The position numbers and the translations under genes are program-made. The notes beneath the pieces are model-generated. The model had not been told where the DNA came from, searched no databases, and worked only from the letters and a program-made list of their open reading frames with translations. From Verrucomicrobiota bacterium (GTDB lineage Bacteria; Verrucomicrobiota; Verrucomicrobiia; Limisphaerales; AAA164-E04): DNA of 64,000 nucleotides. The stretch covers positions 2,304,001-2,368,000 of the forward strand of contig CP170459.1 in assembly GCA_047947115.1 (NCBI GenBank), given 5' to 3'. This document shows positions 20,514-31,982 of this stretch, piece after piece (positions within the stretch are counted from its first letter, which is position 1; each line of letters opens with the position of its first letter).

Positions 20514-21778
20514 CGGTCACTTTCTCCCATAACAAAGTCAATGGAGCCAAGAATGGCCACCGTATCGCTCATCATGCTCCCTTTGAGGAGATAAGGGAGG
20601 ACACTCAGGTTCACAAAAGAGGGCCCTCGGATCTTTAAACGGTTTGGTGTTCCTCCTCCGGTGCTATGAATGTAAAAACCAAGTTCACCCTTGGGGTTTT
20701 CCGCTCCGAAATAAACTTCTCCCGGGGGCACATTGACACCCTGGGTTACCAGCATGAATTGATGAATCAATTCTTCCATGCTGCTGAGCACTTTGTCTTT
20801 GGGGGGAAGAAAGGTTTTACCATCCTCCACGTTTACCGGACCTCCAGGCAATTTGTCCAGGCATTGGCGTATGATGCGTGCGCTTTGTCTCATTTCTTCC
20901 ATGCGCACCAGGTAACGATCATAAGAATCGCCCGCGGTGCCGACTGGAATGTCAAAGTCGAGTTCGGAATAAACCAGATAAGGGTTGGTTTTGCGCAGAT
21001 CGTGTTCAACTCCGGAGCCCCGCAGATTGGGGCCGGTCACGCCGTAGTCGATGGCGACTTCTTTTGGCAAAACGCCCACTCCCTGTGTGCGATCGACGAA
21101 AATCCTGTTGCGTGTCAGCAGCTGTTCGGTTTCGTCAAAGTTGACTTCGACTTCATCCAGGAACTTGCGGCATTGGTCGATCCAGCCGTCCGGCAAATCT
21201 CGGGCAATGCCTCCTACACGCGTGAAAGAAGTTGTAAAGCGTGCGCCCGTCAGGGATTCGCACAGATTGTAAACTTTTTCGCGTTCCGTGAAGGTGTGCA
21301 GGAAAACGGTCAAGGCTCCCACATCCATCGCAAACGCTCCCAACCCAAGCAAGTGAGCTGAGATGCGGGCCAATTCACAGCAGATCACGCGGATATACTG
21401 ACAACGTTCAGGCAATTGATCCTGAATACCCATCAATTTTTCAACTGCCAGGATGTAAGCGACATTGTTGGCAAGCGGAGCCAGGTAATCCAATCTGTCG
21501 GTATAGGGAACGAATTGGTTGTAGGTCATGTTCTCCGCGATTTTTTCATCACCGCGGTGAAGGTAGCCGACGTCGGGCATGGCTTTGGTGATCACTTCGC
21601 CGTCGAGTTCCAGCACGATGCGTAGCACGCCGTGGGTGGAAGGATGCGAAGGCCCCATATTGAGAACGAGTTTATCACCCTGCAATTCGTCCTGTTCGTC
21701 GATTGCGCTGGATTCCAGGCCATCCAGCGTTTTGCCGACGGTATCCTTGATTTCCAGGTCTTTGACTTCTGGCGCCAT
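20510..21778 (-). CDS. nuoD: NADH-quinone oxidoreductase subunit D
   Basis: NMGPSHPSTHGVLR, GYLHRGDEK, DRLDY, ENPKGELG; start at ATG 21778. Confidence 0.97.
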   Translation of the reverse strand: MAPEVKDLEIKDTVGKTLDGLESSAIDEQDELQGDKLVLNMGPSHPSTHGVLRIVLELDGEVITKAMPDVGYLHRGDEKIAENMTYNQFVPYTDRLDYLAPLANNVAYILAVEKLMGIQDQLPERCQYIRVICCELARISAHLLGLGAFAMDVGALTVFLHTFTEREKVYNLCESLTGARFTTSFTRVGGIARDLPDGWIDQCRKFLDEVEVNFDETEQLLTRNRIFVDRTQGVGVLPKEVAIDYGVTGPNLRGSGVEHDLRKTNPYLVYSELDFDIPVGTAGDSYDRYLVRMEEMRQSARIIRQCLDKLPGGPVNVEDGKTFLPPKDKVLSSMEELIHQFMLVTQGVNVPPGEVYFGAENPKGELGFYIHSTGGGTPNRLKIRGPSFVNLSVLPYLLKGSMMSDTVAILGSIDFVMGESDR

Positions 21779-21895
21779 GTGTTTTCTTTTTCTTTGGTTT
21801 AAATGCTGCGTTTGGTCGGTGTCTGCTCTCCGCGGTTTCTGCATTGAATCATTCCCAGGGGGGCGATTCTTCCGCTTTCGGGCATCGCACCTGAA

Positions 21896-22495
21896 TTAAT
21901 CGGTTTCCACCGTGCGTGATCTCGGCTCACGTTCCGACGTGGTGGTCATCCCGGGACTTGTTACAAAAGGTCCACCCTCCATGGGAGCCTTGCGTGAGAA
22001 GGCGACATCCGGCATATCGGTTTCCTTGCCTTCCAGGGGAAAATCTTTTCTTAATGGGAAATAAGGGTAGCCTTCCCACATGATGATGCGACGCAGATCC
22101 GGGTGATCCTTGAACCGGATACCCATCATGTCGTAAACTTCACGCTCGTGCCAGTCGGCAGTCCGCCAGACATTGGTCACGGTCGGGACCTCGCAATCTT
22201 CCTCGCAAACCTGAAGTTTAAGTCGCAGGTAGGCGTTGTGCGTGTGTCCGTAAAGTTCATAGACCACTGAAAAACGGGGCTCGTCCCCGTAGTGATCCAC
22301 ACTGGATAAATCGGTCAGACCGTCAAACCCCAATGTTTCCTTGGCGTAAGCGCATACATTGGCAATGCGTGCCTTGTCCAGAACCACCAGCGTGTATTCG
22401 CCGCGAAATTCCCTGATTTCGGACAGCAAATCACCGAATTGGGCTTTCAGTTTTTCGGCCTGTTCCTTTGCTTTGGTGATGGTGGTATCGCTCAT
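21896..22495 (-). CDS. nuoC: NADH-quinone oxidoreductase subunit C
   Basis: ADWHEREVYDMMGI, HPDLRRI, PLRKDFPL. Confidence 0.96.
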   Translation of the reverse strand: MSDTTITKAKEQAEKLKAQFGDLLSEIREFRGEYTLVVLDKARIANVCAYAKETLGFDGLTDLSSVDHYGDEPRFSVVYELYGHTHNAYLRLKLQVCEEDCEVPTVTNVWRTADWHEREVYDMMGIRFKDHPDLRRIIMWEGYPYFPLRKDFPLEGKETDMPDVAFSRKAPMEGGPFVTSPGMTTTSEREPRSRTVETD

Positions 22496-22531
22496 TGATC
22501 GTTCTGTGGTAAAAAAGTTGAGTGAACCGCA

Positions 22532-23074
22532 TTATTTGACGTGTACTCCGGCCAGGGCATCTGGTTTCGGTACTTTATGAGTGCGCAGAAGAGGCTCTTT
22601 CGCCACCTGATCCTGCATTTTCATCAATGCATCCAGCAAAGCCTCGGGGCGGGGAGGGCAGCCGGCCACGTAAACGTTTACCGGAACAATGCGGTCAACA
22701 CCTTGCAACACTGAATAGCTACGGAACATGCCGCCGGTTGACGCGCAGGCTCCCATGGCGATCACCCACTTGGGCTCCGCCATCTGATCATAGATGCGTC
22801 GCACCGCCATGGCCATCTTGTAAGTGACAGTGCCCGCCACAATCATCAAATCAGACTGACGGGGCGAGAAACGCATGACTTCCGCGCCGAACCGGGAGAT
22901 ATCGAATCGACTCGCGCCGGCGGCCATCAATTCGATGGCACAGCAGGCCAAGCCCATCGGCATGGGCCACAATGAGTTTTTCCGAAACCAGTTCAGTACG
23001 GCGTCTGCTTTGGTGACGATGACGTCGCCCTCGATTTTGGTATTGTAACCTACTTCTGTCTGTGTTGAACTCAT
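22532..23074 (-). CDS. nuoB: NADH-quinone oxidoreductase subunit B
   Basis: [31 protein letters not shown]; start at ATG 23074. Confidence 0.97.
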   Translation of the reverse strand: MSSTQTEVGYNTKIEGDVIVTKADAVLNWFRKNSLWPMPMGLACCAIELMAAGASRFDISRFGAEVMRFSPRQSDLMIVAGTVTYKMAMAVRRIYDQMAEPKWVIAMGACASTGGMFRSYSVLQGVDRIVPVNVYVAGCPPRPEALLDALMKMQDQVAKEPLLRTHKVPKPDALAGVHVK

Positions 23075-23108
23075 GACAAATCTTTCGAAAGCCCTTTCGA
23101 TTTCTTGG

Positions 23109-23137
23109 AAGCTAACGAGAGCGCAATGAGGGTTCAA
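23109..23137 (-). promoter_or_regulatory. Sigma70-type promoter of the nuoB operon
   Basis: On the minus strand: TTGAAC-17 nt-TAGCTT, about 35 nt upstream of the nuoB ATG. Confidence 0.55.
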
Positions 23138-23143
23138 GCGAAT

Positions 23144-23161
23144 TTGTGATTTTTTTCACAA
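23144..23161. promoter_or_regulatory. Rex- or CRP/FNR-family operator palindrome
   Basis: TTGTGA-TTTTTT-TCACAA; near match to the Rex box TTGTGAANNNNTTCACAA and exact match to the CRP core TGTGA-N6-TCACA. Confidence 0.7.
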
Positions 23162-23281
23162 GCGTTATTGACGAGCTTGGACTGCTTTTGATATGGATGT
23201 AGCCAGCATCGTTGATGTCTGGTGGTTTTAATTTTTTTTATGGCCCCTAACTTGTTGTAGGTTAACAAGAATTGATTGTGG

Positions 23282-23356
23282 GGCGGAGTAGCCAAGTGGT
23301 AAGGCAGGGCTCTGCAAAAGCTCTATGCGTCGGTTCGATTCCGACCTCCGCCTCCA
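23282..23356 (+). tRNA. tRNA-Cys(GCA)
   Basis: Acceptor GGCGGAG/CTCCGCC, anticodon loop CTGCAAA, discriminator U, encoded CCA. Confidence 0.96.
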
Positions 23357-23647
23357 ACAGCATCGACGCTGAGTTGAGCGGATTCACCTTAATCCAGCCG
23401 GATGTTCAATGGCACATAGGCCGATCAAGACACATCAATGTCCTCCGAATCGAGGCGATTGGTTAAGATTTTTGCCTTCTGTGCTTGCGTTGCCTTCGGT
23501 GCGTCCTAAAGTGTTCCCGCTTTTTTCTTCGACCGAACCGATGGGGTAGTCCCTGCGGTTATGGTTGATGTGTTTGTTATTGAAAACTTGTGAGGCGGAT
23601 AGAGGTTATTTCGCCTTTTTGACCCAAATTTAACAATAGATATCTGA

Positions 23648-24316
23648 ATGTCGGACGTCTTTCCAAAATGGACGAACAAGCTGCCAATCCGAGTGATCTT
23701 CGGGTTGATCCTCCTCGGTGGGGCAACGGTGGCCGGTTTGACTTATTACGCCACCCCTAAATATACCCGGGTGGGATATCAACCGGTGCAACCGGTCGCC
23801 TTTTCACATGCCATCCATGCGGATCAGCTGGGATTGGACTGCCGCTATTGTCACAATGGTGTCGAGTCCTCCTGGTTTTCCAATGTGCCCGCCGCCTCGG
23901 TCTGCATGAATTGCCATAACCAGGTGCTCAAAGATGATCCTAAACTGGCCCTGGTCAGGGAAAGTTTCAAAACCGGCGACCCCATTCCTTGGGTGCAGAT
24001 TCATAAAGTGCCGGACTACGTCTATTTTAACCACTCCGTCCATGTGAACCGCGGGTTTTCCTGTGTGGAATGCCACGGACCTGTCAACAAAATGGATGAG
24101 GTTTATCATGCCAAGCCTTTTGGTATGAGTTTCTGTCTCGAATGTCACCGTGATCCCGCCGCGAAGATTCGCCCTGTGGATCAAGTGACCAATCTGGATT
24201 GGACCTGGGACAGTGATCCCGAAAAGGCCGCCCAAATGCAGCAAGCACAGGGTGAGCAACTGGTCCACGACTGGAGAGTCGAATCCCTCGTTAATTGTTC
24301 TGCCTGCCATCGATGA
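23648..24316 (+). CDS. actA: Alternative complex III pentaheme cytochrome c subunit
   Basis: N-terminal TM helix and five CxxCH motifs (CRYCH, CMNCH, CVECH, CLECH, CSACH). Confidence 0.93.
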   Translation: MSDVFPKWTNKLPIRVIFGLILLGGATVAGLTYYATPKYTRVGYQPVQPVAFSHAIHADQLGLDCRYCHNGVESSWFSNVPAASVCMNCHNQVLKDDPKLALVRESFKTGDPIPWVQIHKVPDYVYFNHSVHVNRGFSCVECHGPVNKMDEVYHAKPFGMSFCLECHRDPAAKIRPVDQVTNLDWTWDSDPEKAAQMQQAQGEQLVHDWRVESLVNCSACHR

Positions 24317-27300
24317 AAGATCTATCGCATTCCCCAAAACCATCCGGACCGGCTTACTGGCGTAGTTTGGACGAGTTGACGGATTCTCCGGAATTTCGTC
24401 AATGGATGGAAAAAGAGTTTCCGGAAGGAGCGACCGAAGCTCCCACGGGTCAAACACGTCGTGATTTCATGAAAATCATGGGCGCCTCCTTCCTTTTGGC
24501 AGGGGCGGGTCTGACCGGTTGCCGTCGCCCTGAGGAAACCATCCTTCCGTTCTCCAAGATGCCGCACAACTACACTCACGGCGTCCCTCAGTTTTTTGCC
24601 ACCGCCATGCCATCGCGCGATTCCGCGGTGCCATTGCTCGCCAAATCCAGCGACGGTCGCCCCACCAAGGTGGAAGGCAATCCGGAGTTGGCGTTTGGTA
24701 AAGGTGGAACGGATTCCTTTGCACAGGCTTCATTGCTCAACCTTTACGATCCTGATCGCTCCAAGAAATATTTGAAGGGTGGCAACGCTGTTACCCGAAA
24801 CGAAGCTATTGGCGCGCTCCGTATGTTGAGTGGTCAGTTCAAGGGGAACAAGGGCAGGGGCTTAAGTTTTCTTGTTCAAAGCAGTAGCTCCCCCAGTCGT
24901 CATCGTCTCGAGGCTCTGATCCGCGAGCAGATGCCTGAGGCAAAGTGGCATGCTTACGAACCTGTTTCCTTCCGCACTTCGGTTCAGGCCAGCTCAAAGG
25001 TGTTCAAGAAACCGATTCGCCCGATCCCGCATTTTGGCAAAGCCAAAGTGATTCTTTCACTGGATTGCGATTTTCTGGGAACTGAGCAGGAATCTTACTC
25101 CCATATCCGTGGTTATGCCGATGGACGTCGTCTAAAGGAAGATGAAAATCATCACACCACCAGCAATCGTCTATATGCCATTGAAAGTCTTCTGACTCTG
25201 ACCGGCTCCAACGCCGACCACAGGTTGCGGGTGACATCCTCACAGGTGTTCAGCGTAGCGGCTGCGTTGACCGAACAAGTGTTCGAACAGTTGCACTTGC
25301 CGGAAGATGAAGCTGGAAGCCCGATTCCTGCACTCCGCAGTTCCTTGCGTGAAAAGGCCAAAGGCGTCACCGTAGATGAAAAGTGGATCGTTGAGTCCGT
25401 TCGGGACTTGCTGGCTCACAAGGGTGAATGCCTGGTGGTTGCCGGACATCGCCAACCAGAATCGGTCCACCAGCTCGCGGCCGCTATCAATACCTTGCTT
25501 GGCAACATCGGTCATACCGTTACTTTTCTGGAAGATTCCCAGCCCGCCTACGCTTCACTTGCCCAATTGAAACAGGCTTGCGATGCTGGAGCTGTGGAAG
25601 CACTCGTTGTTCTGGATGGAAACCCTGTTTACGACGCTCCCGCCGATTTTGACTGGAAGGCAACTCAGCGCAAAGCCAAGAGTGTTGTCCGTCTCGGATA
25701 CTACGAAGACGAGACCAGCGAAGTGTCTGACTGGCACCTGCCAATGGCTCATTACCTCGAATCTTGGGGAGATGCCCGTTCAGGTGATGGAAGCTATCTC
25801 CCGGTTCAACCATTGATAGCGCCTCTTTTCGACGGGTTGACCGAAATTGAAGTGCTGGCACGCATTGCTGGTCATGATGAAGTGAAACCCCACGAAATCG
25901 CACGCACCACTTTGAAATCTCTGGTGGGTGATGAGGGCTTCGAAGGGCAGTGGAAACAGCTTCTCCATGACGGTTACTTGAACGATTTGCGTTCCAGCGC
26001 AGTGGATGTTTCCGCAGATGATTTCGATTGGCCGGGCCTGACCCAACATTTGAGCCAGGCCATTACGGGCGCCAACCAATCCGGAGCCCCTTCCAAGGAT
26101 GCTCTCGAAGTTGTATTTTACCGTGATGCCAGTCTGGATGACGGTCGTTTCAACAACAACGGTTGGATGCAGGAGTGCCCCGATCCAGTTACCAAGATTA
26201 CTTGGGACAACGTGGTGTTGATCAGTCGCCGCACGGCTGCTGAGATGGGCAATATCAAGAACAAGGAACTGGTGGAAGTTGAATACAACGGCCGCAAGGT
26301 ACAGGGTCCAATATGGATCCAACCTGGTCTGGCCGATTTTTCACTGGGCTTGGCCCTTGGATATGGTCGATCCAATAGCGGCAATGTCGGAGGTAACGGT
26401 GATAAATCCGTTGGTTTCAATGCTTATACCATTCGTGATTCCAAAAGTTTGACTTTCGGAACAGGTGCCAAGCTTCGCCGACTGAATCGAATTTTTGACA
26501 TTTCCTGCACCCAGGATCACTGGTCCATGGAAGGCCGCGCGATCGTGCGTGAAGCCAACATTGAGAATTTCGAAGAAAAGCGTGATTTTGCGCAAAACAT
26601 GGATCTCGAAGCCCACGCCGGTCATATCCCCACGGATAAGGACGGCAAACCGGCTCAAATTTACGAACACCCTTACAAAGCACGTCCATCCACCCATAGT
26701 GATATTCACCAGTGGGGCATGGCTATCGACCTTCAAACTTGTGTTGGTTGTTCGGCTTGCGTGGTTGCTTGCCAGAGCGAAAATAATATTCCCATTGTCG
26801 GTAAGGAGCAGGTTGCCAACAGTCGAGAGATGCACTGGATGCGTATTGACCGTTACTACAGCGGCAATCCTGAACTTCGCAGCAAGGTCAGCAACCTGAT
26901 CATGGACGATGAACAGGCTTATGCTGAATGGATCGACGACGTTCAGGTGGTGAACCAGCCGATGCTTTGCCAGCACTGTGAAAGCGCTCCTTGTGAAAGT
27001 GTCTGTCCGGTGAATGCCACGGTGCACGATCATGAGGGTCTGAACGTGATGGCCTACAACCGTTGTGTGGGTACCCGTTACTGTTCAAATAACTGCGCTT
27101 ACAAAGTGCGTCGTTTCAATTATTTTGATTACAACAAACGGCCGATTGATCAACTTTACGAAGGTCCGCTTGCTTCGCATTCGGATGATGAGATTGATTT
27201 GATCGAAATGGCCAAGAACCCTGATGTCACGGTTCGTATGCGTGGTGTGATGGAAAAATGCACCTTCTGCACACAACGCATCGAGCAGGCCAAGATCGCG

Positions 27301-27681
27301 AAGAAGGTTGCGGCCAGGGATTCCGGCGACGTCGAGGTGGTCGAGGGGACGTTCAAAACAGCTTGTCAGCAAGCCTGTCCGGCGGACGCCATCGCATTTG
27401 GTAATCTGTTGGATCCTGAAAGCAAGGTTTCCAAACTTAAACACGATCCCAGAAATTACGCTGTGCTTGGGTTCCTGGACACCAAACCACGCACGACCTA
27501 TCTGGCAAAGATTCGCAATCCGAACAAAAACATGCCCGACTATCACACCATGCCATTGAGCACTTTGGAGTATACGAAAAACATGGGTAGTCCTTTTGAG
27601 GCACATGGCGCGCCGCATGGCGCGGAGGGCCACGGGGACGGACATGCAGTTGAAACCAAATCTGAAGGAGGGCATCACTAA
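24313..27681 (+). CDS. actB: Alternative complex III ActB (molybdopterin-oxidoreductase-like domain fused to an Fe-S domain)
   Basis: YWRSLDEL, Tat motif TRRDFMK, lipobox-like LTGC, C-terminal [43 protein letters not shown]. Confidence 0.94.
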   Translation: MKDLSHSPKPSGPAYWRSLDELTDSPEFRQWMEKEFPEGATEAPTGQTRRDFMKIMGASFLLAGAGLTGCRRPEETILPFSKMPHNYTHGVPQFFATAMPSRDSAVPLLAKSSDGRPTKVEGNPELAFGKGGTDSFAQASLLNLYDPDRSKKYLKGGNAVTRNEAIGALRMLSGQFKGNKGRGLSFLVQSSSSPSRHRLEALIREQMPEAKWHAYEPVSFRTSVQASSKVFKKPIRPIPHFGKAKVILSLDCDFLGTEQESYSHIRGYADGRRLKEDENHHTTSNRLYAIESLLTLTGSNADHRLRVTSSQVFSVAAALTEQVFEQLHLPEDEAGSPIPALRSSLREKAKGVTVDEKWIVESVRDLLAHKGECLVVAGHRQPESVHQLAAAINTLLGNIGHTVTFLEDSQPAYASLAQLKQACDAGAVEALVVLDGNPVYDAPADFDWKATQRKAKSVVRLGYYEDETSEVSDWHLPMAHYLESWGDARSGDGSYLPVQPLIAPLFDGLTEIEVLARIAGHDEVKPHEIARTTLKSLVGDEGFEGQWKQLLHDGYLNDLRSSAVDVSADDFDWPGLTQHLSQAITGANQSGAPSKDALEVVFYRDASLDDGRFNNNGWMQECPDPVTKITWDNVVLISRRTAAEMGNIKNKELVEVEYNGRKVQGPIWIQPGLADFSLGLALGYGRSNSGNVGGNGDKSVGFNAYTIRDSKSLTFGTGAKLRRLNRIFDISCTQDHWSMEGRAIVREANIENFEEKRDFAQNMDLEAHAGHIPTDKDGKPAQIYEHPYKARPSTHSDIHQWGMAIDLQTCVGCSACVVACQSENNIPIVGKEQVANSREMHWMRIDRYYSGNPELRSKVSNLIMDDEQAYAEWIDDVQVVNQPMLCQHCESAPCESVCPVNATVHDHEGLNVMAYNRCVGTRYCSNNCAYKVRRFNYFDYNKRPIDQLYEGPLASHSDDEIDLIEMAKNPDVTVRMRGVMEKCTFCTQRIEQAKIAKKVAARDSGDVEVVEGTFKTACQQACPADAIAFGNLLDPESKVSKLKHDPRNYAVLGFLDTKPRTTYLAKIRNPNKNMPDYHTMPLSTLEYTKNMGSPFEAHGAPHGAEGHGDGHAVETKSEGGHH

Positions 27682-29108
27682 TGTCATCGCCGACTGCACC
27701 CTCTTCTGTTAAAATCGCGCCACCTCCTCGTGAGATCGAGCGCGAGCCGTTGGTTCTGAACAACCGTTCACTTGGTTGGATTTCAGATCAGATCGCCGGG
27801 ATCATCGAAGGCAAAACCCCCACGTGGTGGTGGGTAACCATGTTGATCAGTTTGCCAATCATGCTCATGTGTTTTGCGATGATTGGTTATCTCATCTCCA
27901 CCGGTGTCGGGGTATGGGGTTTGAATAGTCCGATCGCCTGGGGTTGGGCGATTGTAAACTTCGTGTTCTGGATTGGTATCGGTCACGCCGGAACATTGAT
28001 CTCAGCGGTGTTGTTCTTGTTGCGACAGAAATGGCGAACATCGATTAATCGGGCGGCGGAGGCCATGACGATCTTCGCGGTGATGTGCGCGGGGATTTTC
28101 CCCGGAATTCACGTCGGCCGTATCTGGTTCGCATGGTGGCTTTTCCCACTGCCTAATGCAAACGGTCCGATCTGGCCGCAGTTCCGTTCTCCGCTGTTGT
28201 GGGACGTCTTCGCGGTTTCAACTTACTTTACTGTTTCATTATTGTTTTGGTACATGGGCTTGATTCCTGATCTGGCCACCATTCGTGATCGTTGTAAGGG
28301 TTTCTTCGGTAAATTTTTCTACGGACTTTTTTCATTAGGCTGGACCGGATCCAATCGTCACTGGAGCAACTACGAAAAGGCCTACCTCCTTCTGGCTGGT
28401 CTCTCTACCCCACTGGTGCTCTCGGTTCACAGTATCGTTTCATTTGACTTTGCTGTTTCCCAGGTGCCTGGATGGCATACGACCATCTTCCCACCTTACT
28501 TCGTGGCGGGTGCTATTTTCTCCGGGTTCGGCATGGTGTTGACCCTGATGATTCCTTTGCGCTCTCTGTTCAAGTTGCATGATCTGTTGACGATTCGCCA
28601 CATCGAGCTCATGTGTAAGGTGACTCTGGCGACCGGATCCATTGTGGGCTACGCCTATGGGATGGAGTTCTTCATCGCCTGGTACGGTGGTAATCCTTAC
28701 GAAGCATACGCTTTCCAGAACCGCGCGTTTGGTCCTTACTGGTGGGCTTACTGGATCATGATTTCTTGCAACGTCATCAGCCCTCAATTCTTCTGGTTCA
28801 AGAAGCTCAGGACGAATGTGGTCGTTGTTTGGATCCTTTCAATTTTCGTGAACATCGGCATGTGGTTCGAACGTTTCGTAATCGTGGTGACTTCCTTGCA
28901 CCGTGATTATATCCCGGCGAACTGGGCCTATTACTCGCCTACCAAGGTGGACGTTCTGACCTTCGTCGGCACCTTCGGATTGTTCATGGTTCTTTTTCTG
29001 TTGTTCGTCCGGTTCCTGCCCCTGATCGCCATTTCCGAAGTGAAAGGTGTGACGAATCAGGCGGATCCACACCATCCTCTGGGTGGCGCGAAAGGAGGGC
29101 ATCACTAA
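27681..29108 (+). CDS. actC: Alternative complex III quinol-binding subunit (NrfD family)
   Basis: [58 protein letters not shown]. Confidence 0.95.
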   Translation: MSSPTAPSSVKIAPPPREIEREPLVLNNRSLGWISDQIAGIIEGKTPTWWWVTMLISLPIMLMCFAMIGYLISTGVGVWGLNSPIAWGWAIVNFVFWIGIGHAGTLISAVLFLLRQKWRTSINRAAEAMTIFAVMCAGIFPGIHVGRIWFAWWLFPLPNANGPIWPQFRSPLLWDVFAVSTYFTVSLLFWYMGLIPDLATIRDRCKGFFGKFFYGLFSLGWTGSNRHWSNYEKAYLLLAGLSTPLVLSVHSIVSFDFAVSQVPGWHTTIFPPYFVAGAIFSGFGMVLTLMIPLRSLFKLHDLLTIRHIELMCKVTLATGSIVGYAYGMEFFIAWYGGNPYEAYAFQNRAFGPYWWAYWIMISCNVISPQFFWFKKLRTNVVVVWILSIFVNIGMWFERFVIVVTSLHRDYIPANWAYYSPTKVDVLTFVGTFGLFMVLFLLFVRFLPLIAISEVKGVTNQADPHHPLGGAKGGHH

Positions 29109-29647
29109 TGACTGAATATAGCCAAGCATACGGTCTTTTGGCCGAATTCGAAACACCGGCGGATGCCATGCATGCCGCGGAAAAAATCAGAGACGCCGGC
29201 TTTACCCGTTGGGATGTGCATACGCCGTTCCCGGTGCACGGCATGGATGACGCCATGGGATTGAAAAATTCCAAGGTTGGCTGGTTCTCCTTTTGCGGGG
29301 GCGCAACCGGGTTCACATGCGGTTACCTCATGATCTGGTTCATGAACAGCCTCAATTACCCGGTCGTTGTGGGCGGCAAACCGCTGTTCAGCCCGATGTT
29401 TCCGTTTCCGGTGGTGTATGAAATGACGATTCTATTGTCCGCATTCGGAGCGATCTTCGGCATGCTGTTTCTGAATCGATTGCCCAAACTTTACCATCCC
29501 TTGCTCAAGAACCGTCGTTTCAAGGGAGCGACGCATGACAAGTTCTACGTGATCATTGAAACCACCGACCCACGTTACTCGGAGGCGGAAACACGTGAAC
29601 TGCTTGAATCAGCAGGCTGCAAACACTTGGAGATGGTGGAGGACTAG
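29108..29647 (+). CDS. actD: Alternative complex III ActD (DUF3341-type)
   Basis: LLAEF, HTPFPVHGMDDAMG, VGGKP, two TM helices; operon position. Confidence 0.9.
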   Translation: MTEYSQAYGLLAEFETPADAMHAAEKIRDAGFTRWDVHTPFPVHGMDDAMGLKNSKVGWFSFCGGATGFTCGYLMIWFMNSLNYPVVVGGKPLFSPMFPFPVVYEMTILLSAFGAIFGMLFLNRLPKLYHPLLKNRRFKGATHDKFYVIIETTDPRYSEAETRELLESAGCKHLEMVED

Positions 29648-29648
29648 G

Positions 29649-30263
29649 ATGCGATACTTTTTGACACTTTATATTCTGGCGATAGTGGCCTTTATCGGCA
29701 TTGCTGGTTTCCGTGGTGAGATCACCCGCAAACCGCCTATCGAGGTCTTTCCAGACATGGACAGACAGATGAAACTGCGTCCACAGGAACCCAACCGGTT
29801 CTTTGGTAACCAGCGCAGTTCCCAACCCTACGTGGAGGGAACTATTGCTCGTGGCATGCCTTATCAGGACATTCCTGTCAACACCGGACGCATCAGCGGT
29901 TCAACAAACTGGGTGGAGGTCAGCCCAATTGAGATCACTGAAGCAGTGATGTCCCGCGGCCGGGAGCGTTACAATATCTCCTGTGCTCCATGTCATGGCG
30001 CTGCTGGAGACGGGAAAGGAATCACCACCAAATATGGCATGGTGGCTGTCGCCAACTTCCATGACGCTCGTCTCGTTGAGATGGCGGATGGTGAGATTTT
30101 CAACACCATCACGCACGGCAAGAATCTGATGGGTTCTTATGGAGCCAACATCAAAATCGAGGACCGTTGGGCGATCATCGCCTACCTACGTGCACTCCAG
30201 CGCAGCCGGTTGTCCAAAATGGACGATGTGCCCGAACCGCAACAAGCAGCCCTTCAAAATTAA
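29649..30263 (+). CDS. actE: Alternative complex III monoheme cytochrome c
   Basis: PDMDRQ, GTIARG, CAPCH, GEIFNTITHG, DRWAIIAYLRALQ; ATG at 29649. Confidence 0.9.
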   Translation: MRYFLTLYILAIVAFIGIAGFRGEITRKPPIEVFPDMDRQMKLRPQEPNRFFGNQRSSQPYVEGTIARGMPYQDIPVNTGRISGSTNWVEVSPIEITEAVMSRGRERYNISCAPCHGAAGDGKGITTKYGMVAVANFHDARLVEMADGEIFNTITHGKNLMGSYGANIKIEDRWAIIAYLRALQRSRLSKMDDVPEPQQAALQN

Positions 30264-30269
30264 CGCCCT

Positions 30270-31517
30270 ATGAGTTCAGAATCGAACAACACATCCACAC
30301 CAACCTTGGATTTGGCCAAATACGCCAACCTTCCCAACAAACTGATGCTGGGTGGCGGTATAGGGTTGATCATCGGTTTGCTGTTGCCTGCTTGGCGCGA
30401 ACAGTTTTTCTACAGCTATCTCACCGGGTTCATGTTTTTCCTCAGCATCGTGCTGGGTTCGATGTTCCTGGTGATTTTACATCACTTGTTTGACGCTTAC
30501 TGGATGGTGCCGATCAGACGTTTCCTTGAACACATGGCTTGCCTCGCGCCTTGGATGGGACTTCTGTTTTTGCCGATTCTGGTGTTTTGTAAACAGATAT
30601 ATCCCTGGATGAATCTGGATCCGGCGACGGATCATGCACTGCATGTCAAACATGCCTTGTTTAATATTCCCGCGTTCATTGTTGTTTCATTGCTGCTCTT
30701 TGCCATCTGGACCTGGTTGGCGAACAGCTTGCGCAAGCATTCGCTTGGTCAGGATGAAGCCGGAGCCGCGACGCATACCCATTCACTGCGTAAACTGGCC
30801 GCTGGTGGAATCTTCATCTTTGCGTTTTCTTTGACACTTGGGGTGATCTACTGGATGAAATCGCTGGAGCATCAATGGTTCTCAACCATGTATGGTGTTT
30901 ATTATTTTGCTGGTAGTGTCTGGACAACCCTGGCCACCACTTATATGTTGGCTGCGGTGTTGCAACGAACCGGTCACCTGACCCCTGTCCTGCGTGAAAC
31001 CACCTTCAAGGACATTGGAACCTTGTTCTTCGCGTTCACGGTTTTCTACGCCTATATTCATTTCTCACAGTATTTCCTGATCTGGAATGCTGCGGTGCCG
31101 GAGGAAACCTTCTGGTATGTAAAACGTGAAAATGGCATTTACTGGAGCATGGGAATGCTGATCATCTTCGGTCACTTCTTCGTTCCATTCCTTACCATGC
31201 TGCGTATCGATGTCAAAAAGACACTGACCATCATGGGGCCGATGGCCATCTGGGCCTGGCTGATGCACTACACCGACATGACCTACAACATCAAGCCGGT
31301 CATCGATCCGGAAGGTCATGGCATTTCTTTCGGAGGATTTGTGCAAAGCGTCTCTGCCTTGGCTTTGATGGGTGGACTGCTGAGCAAGCAGTTCCTGAAA
31401 TCATTCATCGCACATCCGCCGTTCCCGCAACGTGATCCTCGTATTGCCGAAGCGATGGGCGTTTATGTGGAATTGGAATCTGAAGCCGATTCCAAGACCA
31501 ACTCAGCTAAAGCCTGA
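30270..31517 (+). CDS. actF: Alternative complex III ActF membrane subunit
   Basis: MKSLEHQWFSTMYG, YIHFSQYFLIWNAAVPEET; about 10 TM helices. Confidence 0.9.
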   Translation: MSSESNNTSTPTLDLAKYANLPNKLMLGGGIGLIIGLLLPAWREQFFYSYLTGFMFFLSIVLGSMFLVILHHLFDAYWMVPIRRFLEHMACLAPWMGLLFLPILVFCKQIYPWMNLDPATDHALHVKHALFNIPAFIVVSLLLFAIWTWLANSLRKHSLGQDEAGAATHTHSLRKLAAGGIFIFAFSLTLGVIYWMKSLEHQWFSTMYGVYYFAGSVWTTLATTYMLAAVLQRTGHLTPVLRETTFKDIGTLFFAFTVFYAYIHFSQYFLIWNAAVPEETFWYVKRENGIYWSMGMLIIFGHFFVPFLTMLRIDVKKTLTIMGPMAIWAWLMHYTDMTYNIKPVIDPEGHGISFGGFVQSVSALALMGGLLSKQFLKSFIAHPPFPQRDPRIAEAMGVYVELESEADSKTNSAKA

Positions 31518-31551
31518 TCGAAGAATCAATATCATTAAAAAACCCTGATTC

Positions 31552-31938
31552 ATGAGAATACACAGCATTTCACAACCCAAAAACAAAGGCGTCGCGTTCC
31601 TGTATTTCGTGGTGTTCCTGGCAACGTTCTGCATCGTTGCGTTCCTGATTTGGGCGACCAAACAATACACCCAACCGCCATCCATTTCAGCCAATCGCGC
31701 CAAGGAACGGGCCGAGAATTTGAAATCGGTGCAGGAAGCTGTTGGCCCTGTGTTGAACGAATACGGCTGGCAGGACAAAGAAAAGGGATTTGTGCGTGTC
31801 CCAATCGAGCGAGCCATGGAACTCACGGTCAAGGAATGGAGTAACCCAAGTGAAGGGCGCGCAGAAATGATCGAGCGTGTGAAAGAAGCCACCTTCGTGC
31901 CGCCTCCGCCACCCGAAGAACCCAGTGCATTTGAATAA
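31552..31938 (+). CDS. actG: Single-TM small subunit, ActG-like
   Basis: One TM helix and a YGWQDKEKGFVRVPIERAM motif, directly after actF. Confidence 0.65.
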   Translation: MRIHSISQPKNKGVAFLYFVVFLATFCIVAFLIWATKQYTQPPSISANRAKERAENLKSVQEAVGPVLNEYGWQDKEKGFVRVPIERAMELTVKEWSNPSEGRAEMIERVKEATFVPPPPPEEPSAFE

Positions 31939-31982
31939 ACCTAAACAGGGTTAATAGACTTATTGTTGAATCATTGAACGCC

